This document shows positions 50,948-64,000 of a DNA stretch of 64,000 nucleotides, piece after piece (position 1 is the stretch's first letter; each line of letters begins with the position of its first letter). This DNA is from Vicugna vicugna. Taxonomy: Eukaryota. Both the position numbers and the translations under genes were made by a program. The notes beneath the pieces are model-generated. The model made no database searches. It saw nothing but the letters and a program-made list of their open reading frames with translations, and had not been told where the DNA came from. The stretch is from the NCBI GenBank assembly GCA_013265495.1, contig MU057484.1, positions 62,001-126,000 on the forward strand, written 5' to 3'.

Positions 50948-52837
50948 GAGAAGTGGCCAAGAGCGTATTCTCAGGCTGGAACACCTGTGCTGCTTTCTCG
51001 CTGTCGACCTTTTAAAAGTCATTTAGCCTCTGTGTTTATCAAGTTCCTCATCAATAAAATGGGGATAATAATAGTACCCACCTCGTAGAGTTGCTATGGG
51101 TATTAATGAATCTGTGTCAATGTTAGAACAGCCCTGGCCAATACTAAGTAATATGTATCTGTCAGCTCTTTTCATAGTTACTGACAGATGTTATTATCGA
51201 CCAAAGAAGTATTAGTTCTTTGTACGGGAAATGCATGTTAGACCATTTCATTTATCATTTTCTATAATTCAGGCTTTTTCCCTCTGAAATACCATTTTCT
51301 GTCTGTGCACTAGAAAGCCACAGGGCTTTCCAAATTTCATCTGTCTGGGTTCTTGTCATGATGGCAATACTGCCGAGTATTGACATTTTTTAGGGACTCC
51401 TTCTGAGATGACAGCAACCCCTCAAATTCAGGAGCACTTCTCTAACTGATAACATCTCGCATGAAATGAAGTTTTTAAAATGTAACTGCTTCAGACGCTT
51501 AATGATGCCATAAATGCAAGGATGTTATATCAAAGCTCTTTAAATAAATCCTGTCATTGAAATAAAGGAAATACTATATTATAGCCCTCTATGACTTTGT
51601 TATCTTTGCTATCCATTTATCTGACTCTCTAAGATCAAAGAAAGCAAAGACTGTGATTGATCATTACTACTGTGTGGTTCATGTATTTGTGGATGGAGAC
51701 AATACTGAAATGCACTGTTTAAGATTTTTAAATGGACACTAAACAGCTGCTTGATGCACATGCATCAACAGAACAGAGAGCTGGGTGCAGGGAGCAGACC
51801 CTGAGCTTCCTGGATCAGAGACCCAGCATAGCAGTCCAGCCCAGCAGTCCACATGTTTTATATTTATGTCCCAGCAAAATTAGCAGTGAGAGTCTGAAAT
51901 GAACTTTGGGAACACTTGCAAACAGCTGTCATTGTTACTAATTTGGGACACCCCGGATCCTACACTGTTTAGTTGGCATCTGTGCACCACCAGTTCTTTT
52001 CCACTAAAACCTGTTGTAATTGCTGGTCCCACATCCAGGCTGTGGAATCATCTCATGTGGTGTTTGGGAGGGAGGTAAGTGGAGTCAGGACCCATGTTAA
52101 GGCTGGGTGGGTAATCTGGTTCTAGTATAGGAGAAAGGAAAGTAGGTCAGGTGGTAAGGAGAATGACTGGATTTATGTTTTGTTTCTTGAGTAAGCTATA
52201 TATATAACATCATGTCAAGTTTCTTTATTGTTTATATTCCATGTGCTGCCACCTAATTACTACTGAATTGTGGGGACAAAGAAGCCTGGGTTTTAGAACT
52301 GACCCTGCCCCAAACCAGCCAGAGTCCAGGTACATCTGGGTGCCCAGGGAGGGGGCTGGACCATCAGGTTTCCCTCCACTGCAGCAGTTTGGGCACTTGG
52401 GTGGCCTAGTTGTTTTTGCTGTGGAAGACTGGCCCGGTTGTAGGACATTAAGCATCTTCATGGCTCTCACCAGTTACCCACGGTAGTTCCAGGACTGTAA
52501 CATCCATGCGTTCCTTTCCACCTACGTTTGCAAATGAACCTCAAGGGGTTAGTATTAATAATGGGTGAGAATTATGAAAAATTATATGGTACCTCCATCC
52601 CTTCTGGCAAGTGAGGGCCCCTTATTTACAAATGACCACGAAGTGTTAGCACCACATTTTATCAACAGAACATGTGAACACGTGGTGACAGTGACGCTTA
52701 CCTGTTTGCTTCTGCTTCCCAATGCAACTTCAGCCTCCGTCAGAGGACCTCAGCTGCCCCAGCGAACAGGGCCTTCTGTACAGGGAATGGGCTCCTCCTC
52801 GAAGCATAGACAAGAAGAAACCCTTAAATCTCATCAG

Positions 52838-53302
52838 CTGTTGTGGAGAGCACTCCAGTGGGAAGGGCTCAGGATTGCCCTCATGGCATCTGAGTGTGAC
52901 AGTCCTCCAAGAGTGTTACCAACCAGGAGGCTCACAAGAGCTCTTAGCTTTGTTGCCCCAAGTTTATACTGGAGGCTTTATTGCAAAGACATGATTTATT
53001 GGGTCAATACCAACATGGCTAACCCAATCCTAACTGTAACTCAAACATTTCCATAGTCCGAACCATTGAGCCCCTCTCCTGGTGGTCACTCACTTGTCAC
53101 AAAGCTCAAAGCCCCACTCCTCTAATCACATGGTTGGTGTCTCTGGCTGGCCAGTCCCCATCCTGAGTCATCTCATGAACACAAGCCATCCAAGGGTCCA
53201 CCATGAATAGCATAGACACTCCTATCTTGGGAAATTTCGAGGCTTTAGTGGTTGCCGTCCAGGAACTGAGACCAAAGACCTACCAAATTCTTCATTAAAC
53301 AG
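52838..53302. mobile_element. Partial MER21-like LTR
   Basis: cctctaatcacatggttgg...ccagtccccatcctga...gacactcctatc...ccaggaact is characteristic of the MER21 group (from memory). It begins immediately after ANO6 exon 7. Confidence 0.6.
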
Positions 53303-55057
53303 GAGTAAATGTAAGATATCACTTAAATTATAAAATAAGAGAAATACACACTGCTTTACTGTATCTGCTGTTCGACAGCATTTCACTACACCCCGTGACT
53401 GTAATATCGCGCTCAGCATGTGACCTCTCAGAGCACCAGTGCCGGCTGCTCCCCGGGAGCTTATGCTGTTTTGGCAAGGCTGCTGGGGACTGGGGGAGGC
53501 AAGGACAACTGAGCAAACAAAAATAATCGGGCGAATAAGGAAACAATGTCAGATTGAAATGAAGGAAATAACACAGTGCTGAGATGGGAGACTTGGGGAG
53601 ATGTGAGTCAAGAAAGCTATCTTTGAGTAGGTTACATGTGAGCTGAGATGATGATAAGGAGGCTGGACTTTGATGATCTGGGAAAACTCATCCCAGGAAT
53701 AGAGGCAGCATGTCCATTGGCCCCGAAGCACAAATGTGCTCAGCAGGTTTGAGGAGATACTGGAGCCAGCGCTGGTGAGAGCGATGAGACACGAGGTTTA
53801 GAAGGGCATCAGGAACACGGAAAGGAGTGTCAACTCTAAGTGCAGTGAGAAGCAGTCATGATAGTTTAAGCACTAAAGTAAATTTCTCTCACTCACATTT
53901 TGCAGCGATAATGTGGAGAATGAATTGCAGGGACCCAGGAAGCAGGGAGGCCGGGTAGGAGGCACTTGGAGTGGGCCATATGAGAGATGGAGGGAGCCAT
54001 GGAGGAATGCGTTTGGGGAGTGGAGCTGACAGGATGCAGTTATGGGCTGGCTGTGGATAGTGAGGAGAAGAGGAGGGTCAAGGTAGCCCCAAGTCGGCCT
54101 GGAGCCAGGTGCCTGTTCTTTCTAATCTCAGTGCCCCATGCAGGTGCCCACCTACTTGGGCAAACCTCCTAACCTTCAAAGTTAGGGTTTTAAAACACTG
54201 AAGTCCTTTTGTTTGTTTCACATTTTATGGAAAGTTTCAAACATGTACAGAAGTAGAGAGAACAGCACAGCCAGCCTGCCTGAATCAGTCAACCAGCTCC
54301 AGAATTATAAACTCAGAGTCACTGTTGTTGCATCTTTCATCTCCACCTCCTCCCCTCCCCCACTACGGGGTCATTTTGAAGACAATCCTACATAGCTTAA
54401 CCTTTCATTAGTCAAATGACAAGGTCTCTATCAAATACAATTGGAGTATTCCTTTTTTTTTTAGGGTTACAAAATAATTCCCTGATTGTCACAAAAATAC
54501 ACTTTTAAGTAGTTTTGGGGTTTAAATCAAGATCCAGACTAGGTTCAGACATTGCATCTAGCATATCTCTCAAGTGGGTTCTAATCTATAATTTTCCTGT
54601 TTCTCATTTTCCTTGAAATTGTTGAGGGGTTTCTCTATTTCCTGTTTGGCTGATTTCATTCTCCCCTGTGTTGTTAGACTTGTTTCTCCATCCTATGTAT
54701 TTGCTTTAGCTAAGTGATTTGATCCTCCCCTAAAATCTAGATCTGAGTGAGGTTCAACTTTGTGCAAAAATACTTGTTATGTGAAGTTTTGTACTCCTGT
54801 CATAAGGTACATAATATCCAGTTGACTCTTTTTTGTGATGACAGCAGCCAATAATGATTGTCACCTGGGATCATTGTTTCATAAGGGATTTTATTTCATG
54901 TGGTCATACTCTAATTTCCTCCCTCAATTATCAGCAGGATCACAGTCATGAAGAGGCACTTTCCCATTAACCCGGGTTATCCTGTAGAACAGTTTAAAAT
55001 GAGGATGTTTGAATATATTTAAATATTTAAAGTTGATACATTTTTCTTTTCTTTTAA

Positions 55058-55146
55058 TTTTTTTTCTAATGGAGGTACTGAATATTGAATCTAGGACCTT
55101 ATTCATGCTGAGAACACACCCTGCCACTGAGGGTACCCCATCCCCC
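55058..55146 (-). mobile_element. Camelid-type SINE
   Basis: tggaggtactgaatattgaatctaggacctt...ccactgagggtaccccatcccc. Confidence 0.75.
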
Positions 55147-57567
55147 TTGAGATTCATATTTATAAGATATTTTCCTTCTGTTATTTTTGTTTTATGTTAT
55201 ACAGTATTTGATGGCAGGGCAATGGGTTTGATGGCTCTTTAATCATTCTTTATGGGCTTTTGGGGTTTGTGTGTGTTTGTGTTTGTAAAGAAAACAATTT
55301 TCCCAGTGTTTTAAGTCTGTTTTGCTAAGAAAAATATGTTGATCTTTTCCCTGCTCCTGGTCCATGTGTCTCCTTTGTTGCTTCCCACTAGTGGCCCCTT
55401 GAGCTCTGTGACAAGACTAGCATGTCGTTAATCCAGGTTGAAGGAGATCTGAAGAGATTTATTCAAAGAGATGAAATTTGTAGACAATGTACTGGAAAGT
55501 ATTGAGAAAGTTACTCATTAGGAGAAGGTCTGGGGTTGACTTGTTAAGTGCACAGAAATCTAAGCTCTGAACCACCAAGACAATTATTAACTCCAGGGAA
55601 AACAAAGTAGGGAAGAAGAAAGTAAGCCTAGTAGACAACTTGCTACAGCTGGGAACAGTCTGTACAGAATCCTAATAATGTAAAGCAAGGACACTGAGCT
55701 GATGAAAATTATAATGTAATTGTATCAAAAGGTTGGAAGAATGAAGGTTTGGGTGTGTAGATGAGATGGGGTTTGAAAGAGAGCTTAATCCTCATTTTCC
55801 AAAATAGAAAGTTAAATAGGTGATACATAAAGCTGAAAAAGTCAGTGGGCTGTGTTACAAGGATATTAGTCAGAGATAGGGAGTAATTATTCCAAGAGTC
55901 AGCAGTAAGAACTGAACGTGGTTGCTTCTGGCCAGGAAATGGGGCGGTTGTTGGGAACTGCTCCTTTTTACAATCGGTGATCGAGAACTGTTTGACTGTT
56001 TAATGAATGTATGGTATAACTTTCATAAAAAACATCAAAGCTGAATTTTGAAAAATTGATGTTAAGAATTAGGGTGTTTTTGACAGAGAGTGATAACAAT
56101 CAGACAAAACTACATTAAGGGATCTCCTCATTATTCCTAGCCTTTCAGCAAGGACTAGGAGGCAGACTTTCAAAAATTCTTTCTGACCTTCTTGCCGACA
56201 TGTAAACTTTGGAAGTAATGAACTCCCGTCACTGTAAGTATCCAGGCAGAGGCTGCCTGACCTGCTCTCTAACTGTAGCAGGGTGTGTTTACCATTCTCC
56301 AGTTGAATCTGGCAACATCTAACATTCTTTCAGTTTTGAATGTGGCATTTTCAGGATGGAGAGTTGATAAGAATATATTACAAAAAGCTTAACAAGAAAG
56401 AATCCAAGACATCTCAAACCCATTGCCAGGGTTTTCTCTGCCAGACACCATCCTGAGCCTGCCACCCGTGAGCCAGGCCACAAAGCCCAGTCACATGAGA
56501 ATGAACACACTTTGTCGCTCCTATCTGATTTGGCATCGGGCTCAGCCCTTTTCCCCATGGAATGGTCCACGCCCAGATCTCTGACGATGGAGCTGGTCTC
56601 ACAGCAGCCCTGTGACCGCTGGTCCAGCCCAAGGGGTCTCCTACGTGAAGTTTCCGAGGACTGCAGGCTCTTCTCAGAGCTGAGTCCCCCTAGGCTAAGC
56701 CCACGGAGCTCATCTCAGCTCCAGACTGAGCCGGAAGCCTCAGAGAGAACTCAGAGCTGAGGAAATCCACAGGTTTTACCCAGCACTGCCCAGTCAGTAG
56801 TGAGCCAGTTGAGGGAAGTATCAGCAAAAGCAAGACACAACTGAGCCACCTTCTCATTGTTCTGCCCCATCCCTAAACCCTCTGTGTCTGCCTGTCTGTG
56901 TCTGTCTCTCTTTGAATACCAGCCTGGCACCGTTTCATGCCCTGCCTCCTTTCTTCTAATCTTGCCTCCCTGGCCTGTTCCATCTACTCCAGGTTAACGG
57001 AGAAACATTGAAGTGTTTTTAAAACCTAGGGACAACAGACGTGCTAGATACAAAGAATTCAGGACAGTACATTCCTCCGTCACATCCCTCCTGCCCTCTC
57101 CCATTCCCACAATGAGTTTTATAAATATTTTGTCACAGAGACATTGCACTCCCAGTTGTTATCATTATCAGCCATTTCCTTATTATCTGTGGTTTACGAT
57201 GCATTTGCTCAATGGAAGTTCCCGAGATAAGGCAGGAGCAGTTGTCTGAGCCAGTTGATGATGACCACTTGTGTCAAGCCTGTTAAGAATGATCATTGGG
57301 GGGATTTGTTGAATGTGCCAGACTGTCCAGTGAGTGGTGATGATCCCCTGCATCTGCTCTGGAGTTGGCATCATCCCCTCCTTTGCTCTGTTCTCATTTA
57401 TCTCTCTTCAGCAGTTGAACCAGTGATCTGTACTTCTATGATACTTAAAATACTTATATAACGGTAGAATTTGGAGGCTGCTATGAAAACGCATATTTTT
57501 AAAGTATGAATTGAGTCAGAGGCTTAAACTTAAATCTCCCTTGATTTAGAATCAGAAATTAATATGA

Positions 57568-57698
57568 TGGAGGGAGGATATAGCTCAGTGGTAGGGTGCA
57601 TGCCTAGCATGGATGAGGTCCTGGGTTCAGTCCCCAATGCCTTCATTTAAAAACAAATAAATAAACCTAATTATGCCCCCCAAAAATCAAAGAAAAAA
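57568..57698 (+). mobile_element. Camelid-type SINE with target-site duplication
   Basis: ggaggatatagctcagtggtagggtgcatgcctagcatggatgaggtcctgggttcagtcccc; flanked by agaaattaatatga / agaaattaacatga. Confidence 0.9.
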
Positions 57699-57936
57699 GA
57701 AATTAACATGAGGATGAAGCTACAGAGTGATTATGTGTGTCTTCTGAAACTACCTTCTGTCTTTCTGCAGGAAATTCTTTGGAGAAAAGATCGGAATCTA
57801 CTTAGCTTGGCTGGGCTATTACACTCAGATCCTCCTCCTGGCAGCAGTCATGGGGGTGACTTGCTTTCTGTATGAATATTTTAATCAAAATATCTGTACC
57901 TGGAGGCAACTTCTCTTTATTCCTTGTTATCGTGCT

Positions 57937-60900
57937 TACTTAACTTAGAATGTCATTCTCCAGGAGCATCCATGTTGCTGCAAATGGCCCTATATTGTCA
58001 GTTTTTATGGCCGAGTAGTGTTCCATTGTATAAATATACCACTTCTTTAGCCAGTCATCCATTGATGGACATTTAGGCTGTCTCCATGTCTTGGCTATTG
58101 TAAATAGTGCTGCTATGAACATTGGGGTGCAGGTGTCATCCTGAAGTAGGTTCCTTCAGGATATATGCCCAGGAGCAGGATTCCTGGGTCATATGGCAAG
58201 TCTATTCTTAGTCTTTTGAGGAAACTCAATACTGTTTTCCACAGTGGCTGCACCAAACTGCATTCCCACCAGAAGTGTAGGAGGTTTCCCTTTCTCCACA
58301 GCCTCTCTAGCATTTGTCATTTGTGGATTTTTGAATGATGGCCATTCTGACAGGTTTGAGGTGATACCTCATTGTAGTTTTGATTTGCATTTCTCTGATA
58401 ATTAGTGATATTAAGCATTTTTTTCATGTTCCCATTGATCATTTGTATGTCTCCCTTGGAGAATTGCTTGTTTAGGTCTTCTGCCCATTTTTGGATTGGG
58501 TTACTTGGTTGTTCCTTATTAAGTCATATGAGCTGCTTACATATTCTGGAGATCAAGCCTTTGTCAGTTTCATTTGCAAAAATGTTCTCCCATTCTGTAG
58601 GTTGTCTTTTTGTTTTACTTATGGTGTCCTTTGCTGTGCAGAAGCTTGTAAGTTTCATTAGATCCCATTTGTTTATTCTTGCTATTATTTCTATTGCTTG
58701 GGAAGACTGCCCTAGGGGAACATTTCTGAGATGTATGTCAGATATTTTGCCTGTATTTTCTTCTAGGAGGTTTATTGTATCTTGTCTTATGTTTATCTTG
58801 CTGAAGAGACTGTCTTTATTCCATTGTATATTCATGCCTTCTTTGTCAAAGATTAGTTGACCAAAAGTTTGTGGGTTCATTTCTGGGCTCTCTATTCTGT
58901 TCCATTGGTCTATATATCAGTTTTTGTACCAATAGCATGCTGTTCTGATGACTGTAACTCTATAATGTTGTCTGAAGTCCGGAGAGTTATTCCTTCAGCA
59001 TCTTTCTTTTTTTCTTCAGTAATGTCCTGGAAATTCTATGTCTTTGATTGTTCCATATAAATTTTATTGTGATTTATTTCTAGTTCTCTGAAATATGTCC
59101 AGGGTAATTTGATAGGGATTGCATTAAATCTGTAGATTGCCTTGGGCAGTGTGACTATTTTAACAATATTGTTTCTTGCAATTCAAGAGCATGGGATACC
59201 TTTGCATTTTTTAAATTCTTCTTTAATTTCCTTCACCAATGGTTTATATTTTTCTTTGTAAAATTCTCTCACCTCTGTGGTTAGATTTATTCCTAGATAT
59301 TTTATTACTTTGGGTGCTATTTTAAAGGGGATTGTTTCTTAACTTTCTATTTCTGTTGATTCATCATTAGTGTAAAGAAATGCAACTGATTTTTGAACAT
59401 TAGTCTTGTAACCTGCTACCTTGCTAAATTCTTCGATCAGCTCTTGTAGTTTTTGTGTGGACCTTTTAGGGTTTTCTATATATAGTATCGTGTCATCTGC
59501 ATATAGTGACACTTTTACCTCTTCTTTTCCAATTTAGACCCCTTTTACTTCTCTTACTTGCCTGATTGTTGTGGCCAGGACTTCCATGTCTGTTGAATAG
59601 GAGTGATGATAGTGGGCATCCTTGTCTTGTCCCAGATTTTAGTCAGAATCTTTTGAGTTTTTCACAATTGAGTGCTATGCTGGCTGTAGGTTTGTCATAT
59701 ATAGCTTTTATGATGTTGAGATATGTTCCCTCAATACCCACTTTGGTGAGAATTTTTATCATAAATGGGTGTTGAATTTTATCAAAAGCTTTTCTTTATC
59801 AATTGAGATGATCATGTGGTTTTTGTCCTTTCTCTAGTTGATGTGAAGTATTTCATAGATTGATTTGCATATGTTGAACCACCCTTGTGTCCCTGAGATG
59901 AACCCCATTTGAGCATGATGTATAATCTTTTTTATGTGCTGTTGGATTCTATTTGCTAGTATTTTGGTAAGGACTTTTTGCATCTGTTTTCATCAGTGAT
60001 ATTGGTCTGTAATTCTCTTTTTTTGGTGATGTTTTTGCCTGGTTTTGGTATCAGGGTGATGGTGGCTTCATAGAATGAGTTTGGGAATATTCCTTCTTTT
60101 CAATCTTCTGGAAGAGTTTGAGAAGGACTGGTATGAGTTCTTCTTTGTATGTGTGGTAGAATTCCCTGGTGAATCTGTCCAGTCCTTGTAAGGAGGATTT
60201 TTATTGTTAATTTGATTTCATTCCTAGTGATCGGATTGTTCATGTGTTCAGTTTCTTCTTGATTCAGTCTTGGTGGTCTGTATGTTTCCAAAAACTTGTC
60301 CATCTCCTCTAGGTTATCCATTTTGTTTCCATGTAGTTTTCCATAATATTCTCATATGATATTCTGCATTTCTATGTTATTTGTAGTAATTTCTCCATTT
60401 TCCTTTCTTATTTTGCAAATTTGTGCTCTCTTATTTTTCTTCTTTGAGAGTTTGGCCAGAGGTTTGTCGATTTTTTTTACTCTATCAAAAACAAGCTTTT
60501 GGTTTGATTGATTATTTTCTTTATATTTTTTTAATCTCTATTTTATTTACTTCCTCCCTCATCTTTATTGTTTCCTTCCTTCTGCTGACTTTTGGGTGTT
60601 TTTTCTCCTCTGTTTCTAGTTCTTTTAGCTGGTGGGTTAGATTGTTTATTTGATCTTGTTCTTCTATTTTGAGGAAGGCCTGTATTGCTGTAAATTTCCC
60701 TCTTAGCATTGACATTGCTGCATCCCATAAGATTTGTGTGGTTGTATTTTCCTTTTCATTTGTCTCAAGGGATTCTGTAACTTCAACTTTGATTTCACCA
60801 TTGGCCCATTGGTTTTTTAATAGCATATTGTTTAATCTCTATCCTTTCCTTTTTTTCTCCTTTGTTTCTCTGTAATTGATTTCTAGTTTCAATGACATTC

Positions 60901-63530
60901 TGGTCAGTAAAGATGCTTGAGATAATTTCTATCTTCTTAAAATTGTTGAGGCTTCTTTTGTGACCAAGTACATGATCAATCCTAGAAAATGTTCCATGCA
61001 CACTTGAAAAGAATGTATATTCTATTTTGGGGGGTTGTAATGCAATGGAATTATCCCCTAAATCTAATTTTTCCATTGTATCATGTAATTTCTCTGTTGC
61101 CTTATTTATTTTCTGTGTGGAAGATCTCTCCAGTGATGTTAATGTGGTGTTAAAATTTCTGACAGTTATTGTATTCCCATCAATTTTCCCCTTTATCTCT
61201 GTTAGTAGTTTTTTTATGTACTTAGGTGCTCATGTTGGGTGCATATATGTTAATGATTGTAATATCCTCATCTTTTGTTGCTCCTTTAATCATTATAAAA
61301 TGTCTTTATATATCTTTCTTTATGGTCCTATTTTAAAGTCGATTTTGTCTGAAAGCAGTACTGCTACACCTGCTTTTTTGGCATTCCATTTGCATGGAAT
61401 ATCCTTTTCCGTCCATTCACTCTCAATCTGTATGTGTCCTTCTCCCTAATGTGTGTTTCTTGTATGCAGTGTATTGAAGGTTCTTGCTTTATTATCCAGT
61501 CTGCCACTCTGTCTTTTGACTGGAGCATTTAGTCCATTAACATTTACAGTAATTAATGATAGATGAGTGTTTATTTCTATTTTGAACTTATTTTGGCAGT
61601 TGATTTGGTATTTCTTCTTTGTTCCTTCTTCCTTTTGTGGTACGGTAATTTTGCTTTGTATTATCTTGGATTGTGTTTAGTTTTTGTGACTCACCTGTAA
61701 GTCTTTGACTTGTGATTGCACTTTTTTGTAAGTCTGTTAACCAATTACTGTAACTGTGTGCACTAGACAGATAGTAATGTAATCTCAAACCCAACCTACG
61801 AAGAACAAAAATTTAAAAAAAAAGAAGAAAGAAAAAATACTCTGTATTTTCTTGCTTCCCTCTCCCACTCAATGATTTAGATGTCTTCTTTTACAATTTC
61901 ATGTTTATTCTATTTGTAATTCGTGGTAATTATCACCTTTCCAGTCATGAGATCTCATTTTTGTAGCATCCTGCTCCTTTTCTATTTAGAGTAGCACTTT
62001 CGATATTTCTTTTAGCATGGGTTTAGTGTTGCTAAAGTCTTTTAGTTTTCTTTCTCTGTGAAATTCTTTATCTCTCATTCTATTCTAAAGGATAGCCTTG
62101 CTGGAGGAAGTATCCTAGGCTGCATCATTTTTTTCATTCAGGACTTTGAATATATCTTGCCACTCCCTTCTGGTCTTTAGTGTTTCTGTAGAGAAATCAC
62201 CTGAGAGCCTTCTCTTGTAGCTCACTCTTTTTTTTTCTCATGCTGCCTTTAAGATCATTTCTTTATCATCCAGTCTGGCCATTTTGATTATGATATGTCT
62301 TGATGTGGGTCTCTTTGGGCTCTTCCTGTTTTGGAACCTCTGAGCCTCCTGTACTTGGGTGTCTGATTCCTTCTTTATGTTTGGGAAGTTTTCAGTCATG
62401 ATTTCTTTAAATACCTTTTCCATCCCCTTTTTTATTTCTTTCCCTTCTGGAACCCCTATTATGCATAGATTAGCATGCTTTATATTATCCCATAGATTCC
62501 TTATATTCTTTTCATTGTTTTTTTATTTGTTTTTCTCTCAGCTGTTCTGATTGGGTGCTTTCTGTTGTCCAGTCTTCTAGGTCACTTATTCGTTTCTCTG
62601 CATTATCTAGGCTGCTTTGTACAGCCTTTAGATCAGATCTCACTTCAGCCAATGAATTTACCAATTCTACTTGGCTCTTCTTTATAGCTTCTATTTTATT
62701 TTGACATATTATATGTTTCTAAACACTATCTCTTTTAGTTCCTTCAGTAATTTAATTACTTCTTTTTTGAAATCTTTATCTGGTAGGCAATCAATGTCTA
62801 TTTAATTGATCATTCTTTCAGGGGATTTCTCTTGCTCTTTTAACTGGGGTTACTTCCTCTGTTTCTTAATGATGTTCATATCTCTCTAGCACTGTGGCTT
62901 AAGGAGTATCAGTTATCTATTACGGTCCTTAAAGGAGTTTATTTATTTATCTATCTAAAGCCTATGTGGGAATAAAACTTAAAAAAGAGAGAGAGAATTT
63001 TAAAAGAATGCAGGAAAATAATGTTTGAAAACAGTGTATAATCAATAATAGAAGAGCAAGTTGAAGCAGAATAGAAATTGAGTTTAGATGTCTTTCAAAC
63101 ACCTTAATAAAAAGAAGAAAAAAATCAAAACACAATATTGGAAACCTGTGAATAATCAATAACAGATCAAAACCAAGAGAATTAAAGATGAAATGAGAAC
63201 TGTAAACATATAGAACTCTTTTTAAAGTAAAGATTAAAAAGGTAATAGATAATAAAACATATAAAAAGATTTGAAAAAGATGTGTTCTCCTAGAGACTGT
63301 GCGCTCTTAATGGTTTTATTGAGAGGTCTTTGTGTCTTCGCCCTGTTTCACTAACTCAGGTTGCTCTGTTGGCCCCCTCGTCTGTGCTGCTCACAGTGTC
63401 TGTCGGCAAGAAGATTGCACCCCTCCAACACTGGGTCAGGTGCTGCTCTCCTTTGCGGTGGGCAGGTGGGACACTCCCCCTCCGGATGCCAGAGTCAGTG
63501 CTGTACCAATTGTTCCATTGGTGGGTTCAG
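57937..63530 (-). mobile_element. Near full-length decayed L1 (5'UTR, ORF1, ORF2), antisense, lacking the 3'UTR end and poly-A
   Basis: ORF1 peptide EKVFKEIMTENFPNI..RHIIIKMA; endonuclease EYTFFSSVHGTFSRIDHVLGHK; DNLEEMDKFLETY; C-terminal [20 protein letters not shown]. Many stops and internal deletions. Confidence 0.95.
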
Positions 63531-63534
63531 CTTC

Positions 63535-64000
63535 AAGAATAACAGCTTTATGGTGATTTAATTCACAGACCATAAAATGCAGCCTTTTAAAGTGTGCATT
63601 TGCACTTTAAGTGCATTTGAGGGTTATATAGCCATCACCCCCAAAAGGAACCAATACATTTTAGTAAGTCACTCCCTAACCTTCCTTTCCCTTAGCCCCC
63701 AGCAGCCACCACTCTACTTTCTGCCTCTATGGATTTGCCTGTTTTGGGCATTTTCATATAACTTGAACCATACAGTATGCTGAATTTATTGATTGTTGTC
63801 TTTCATTTAGTGTGACTTTGTCATGTCTCATCCATGGTGTAGCATATATCAGTACCCACATTCCTTTTTGTGTTCAAATAGTATGCCATTGGTATAAGTA
63901 CACCACATTACTTATCCATCCATCAGTTGATGATGAATAATTCTGCTGTAAATGCTCATAGACAAGTTTTTGTTTGAACACATGTTTTCAGTTCTCTTGA
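63535..64000 (-). mobile_element. Older L1M 3' fragment
   Basis: aataacagcttt..ccactctactttctgcctctatggatttgcct..catccatggtgtagcat. Confidence 0.7.

Larger units (their letters stand above)
48938..57905 (+). pseudogene. ANO6: Unprocessed ANO6 (TMEM16F/anoctamin-6) pseudogene fragment, exons 4-8
   Basis: Exons: 48938-49002 (..AYESNLICVGLQLGATRS, frameshift); 49880-50163 (ALDDKLVFAKVHTLWEVLCTYAGILHIKLPLKPNDLK..NPATRSR, frameshift with TAG 50129-50131); 50388-50503 (VYFILSQIKY../INRLVSSGICKAAFP, frameshift in an A-run); 52723-52837 (SEDLSCPSEQGLLYREWAPPRSIDKKKPLNLI, both splice sites lost); 57771-57905 (KFFGEKIGIYLAWLGYYTQILLLAAVMGVTCFLY, GC donor). Order and sequence match recalled human ANO6. 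Confidence 0.95.

Noticed and set aside
57568..57650. tRNA-like sequences in SINE heads
   Set aside because: They have A-rich tails and TSDs and occur as multiple diverged copies, so they are SINEs rather than tRNA genes.

Overview
Mammalian genomic DNA, most likely camelid (alpaca/camel). The evidence is six short tRNA-derived SINEs of the Vic-1 type plus artiodactyl-type L1, with no Alu, BovA/tA, PRE-1 or CAN SINEs seen. I could not establish any intact protein-coding gene. The window reads as a pericentromeric/subtelomeric-type duplication mosaic with six parts. (1) A GC-rich satellite of ~140-170 bp monomers with a 3-monomer higher-order pattern (1-1820), followed by a CAGGG-type 9-mer minisatellite. 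(2) A CpG-island bidirectional promoter (~11130-11960). On + it leads into a decayed, unprocessed copy of POFUT2 exons 1-2; on - it faces a candidate unrecognised multi-exon gene (9753->2085) that is cut off at the satellite. (3) Repeat-rich sequence with a ~1 kb diverged direct duplication, a 107-bp tandem duplication and a tail-to-tail inverted LTR pair. (4) A second CpG island abutting the same satellite, which shows strand switches and runs into a 111-N gap (38390-38500). (5) An unprocessed ANO6/TMEM16F pseudogene fragment (exons 4-8, with frameshifts and broken splice sites). (6) A near full-length antisense L1. Gene identities come from my recall of the human protein sequences, not from a database search. 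Nearly all ORFs in the supplied track look spurious.
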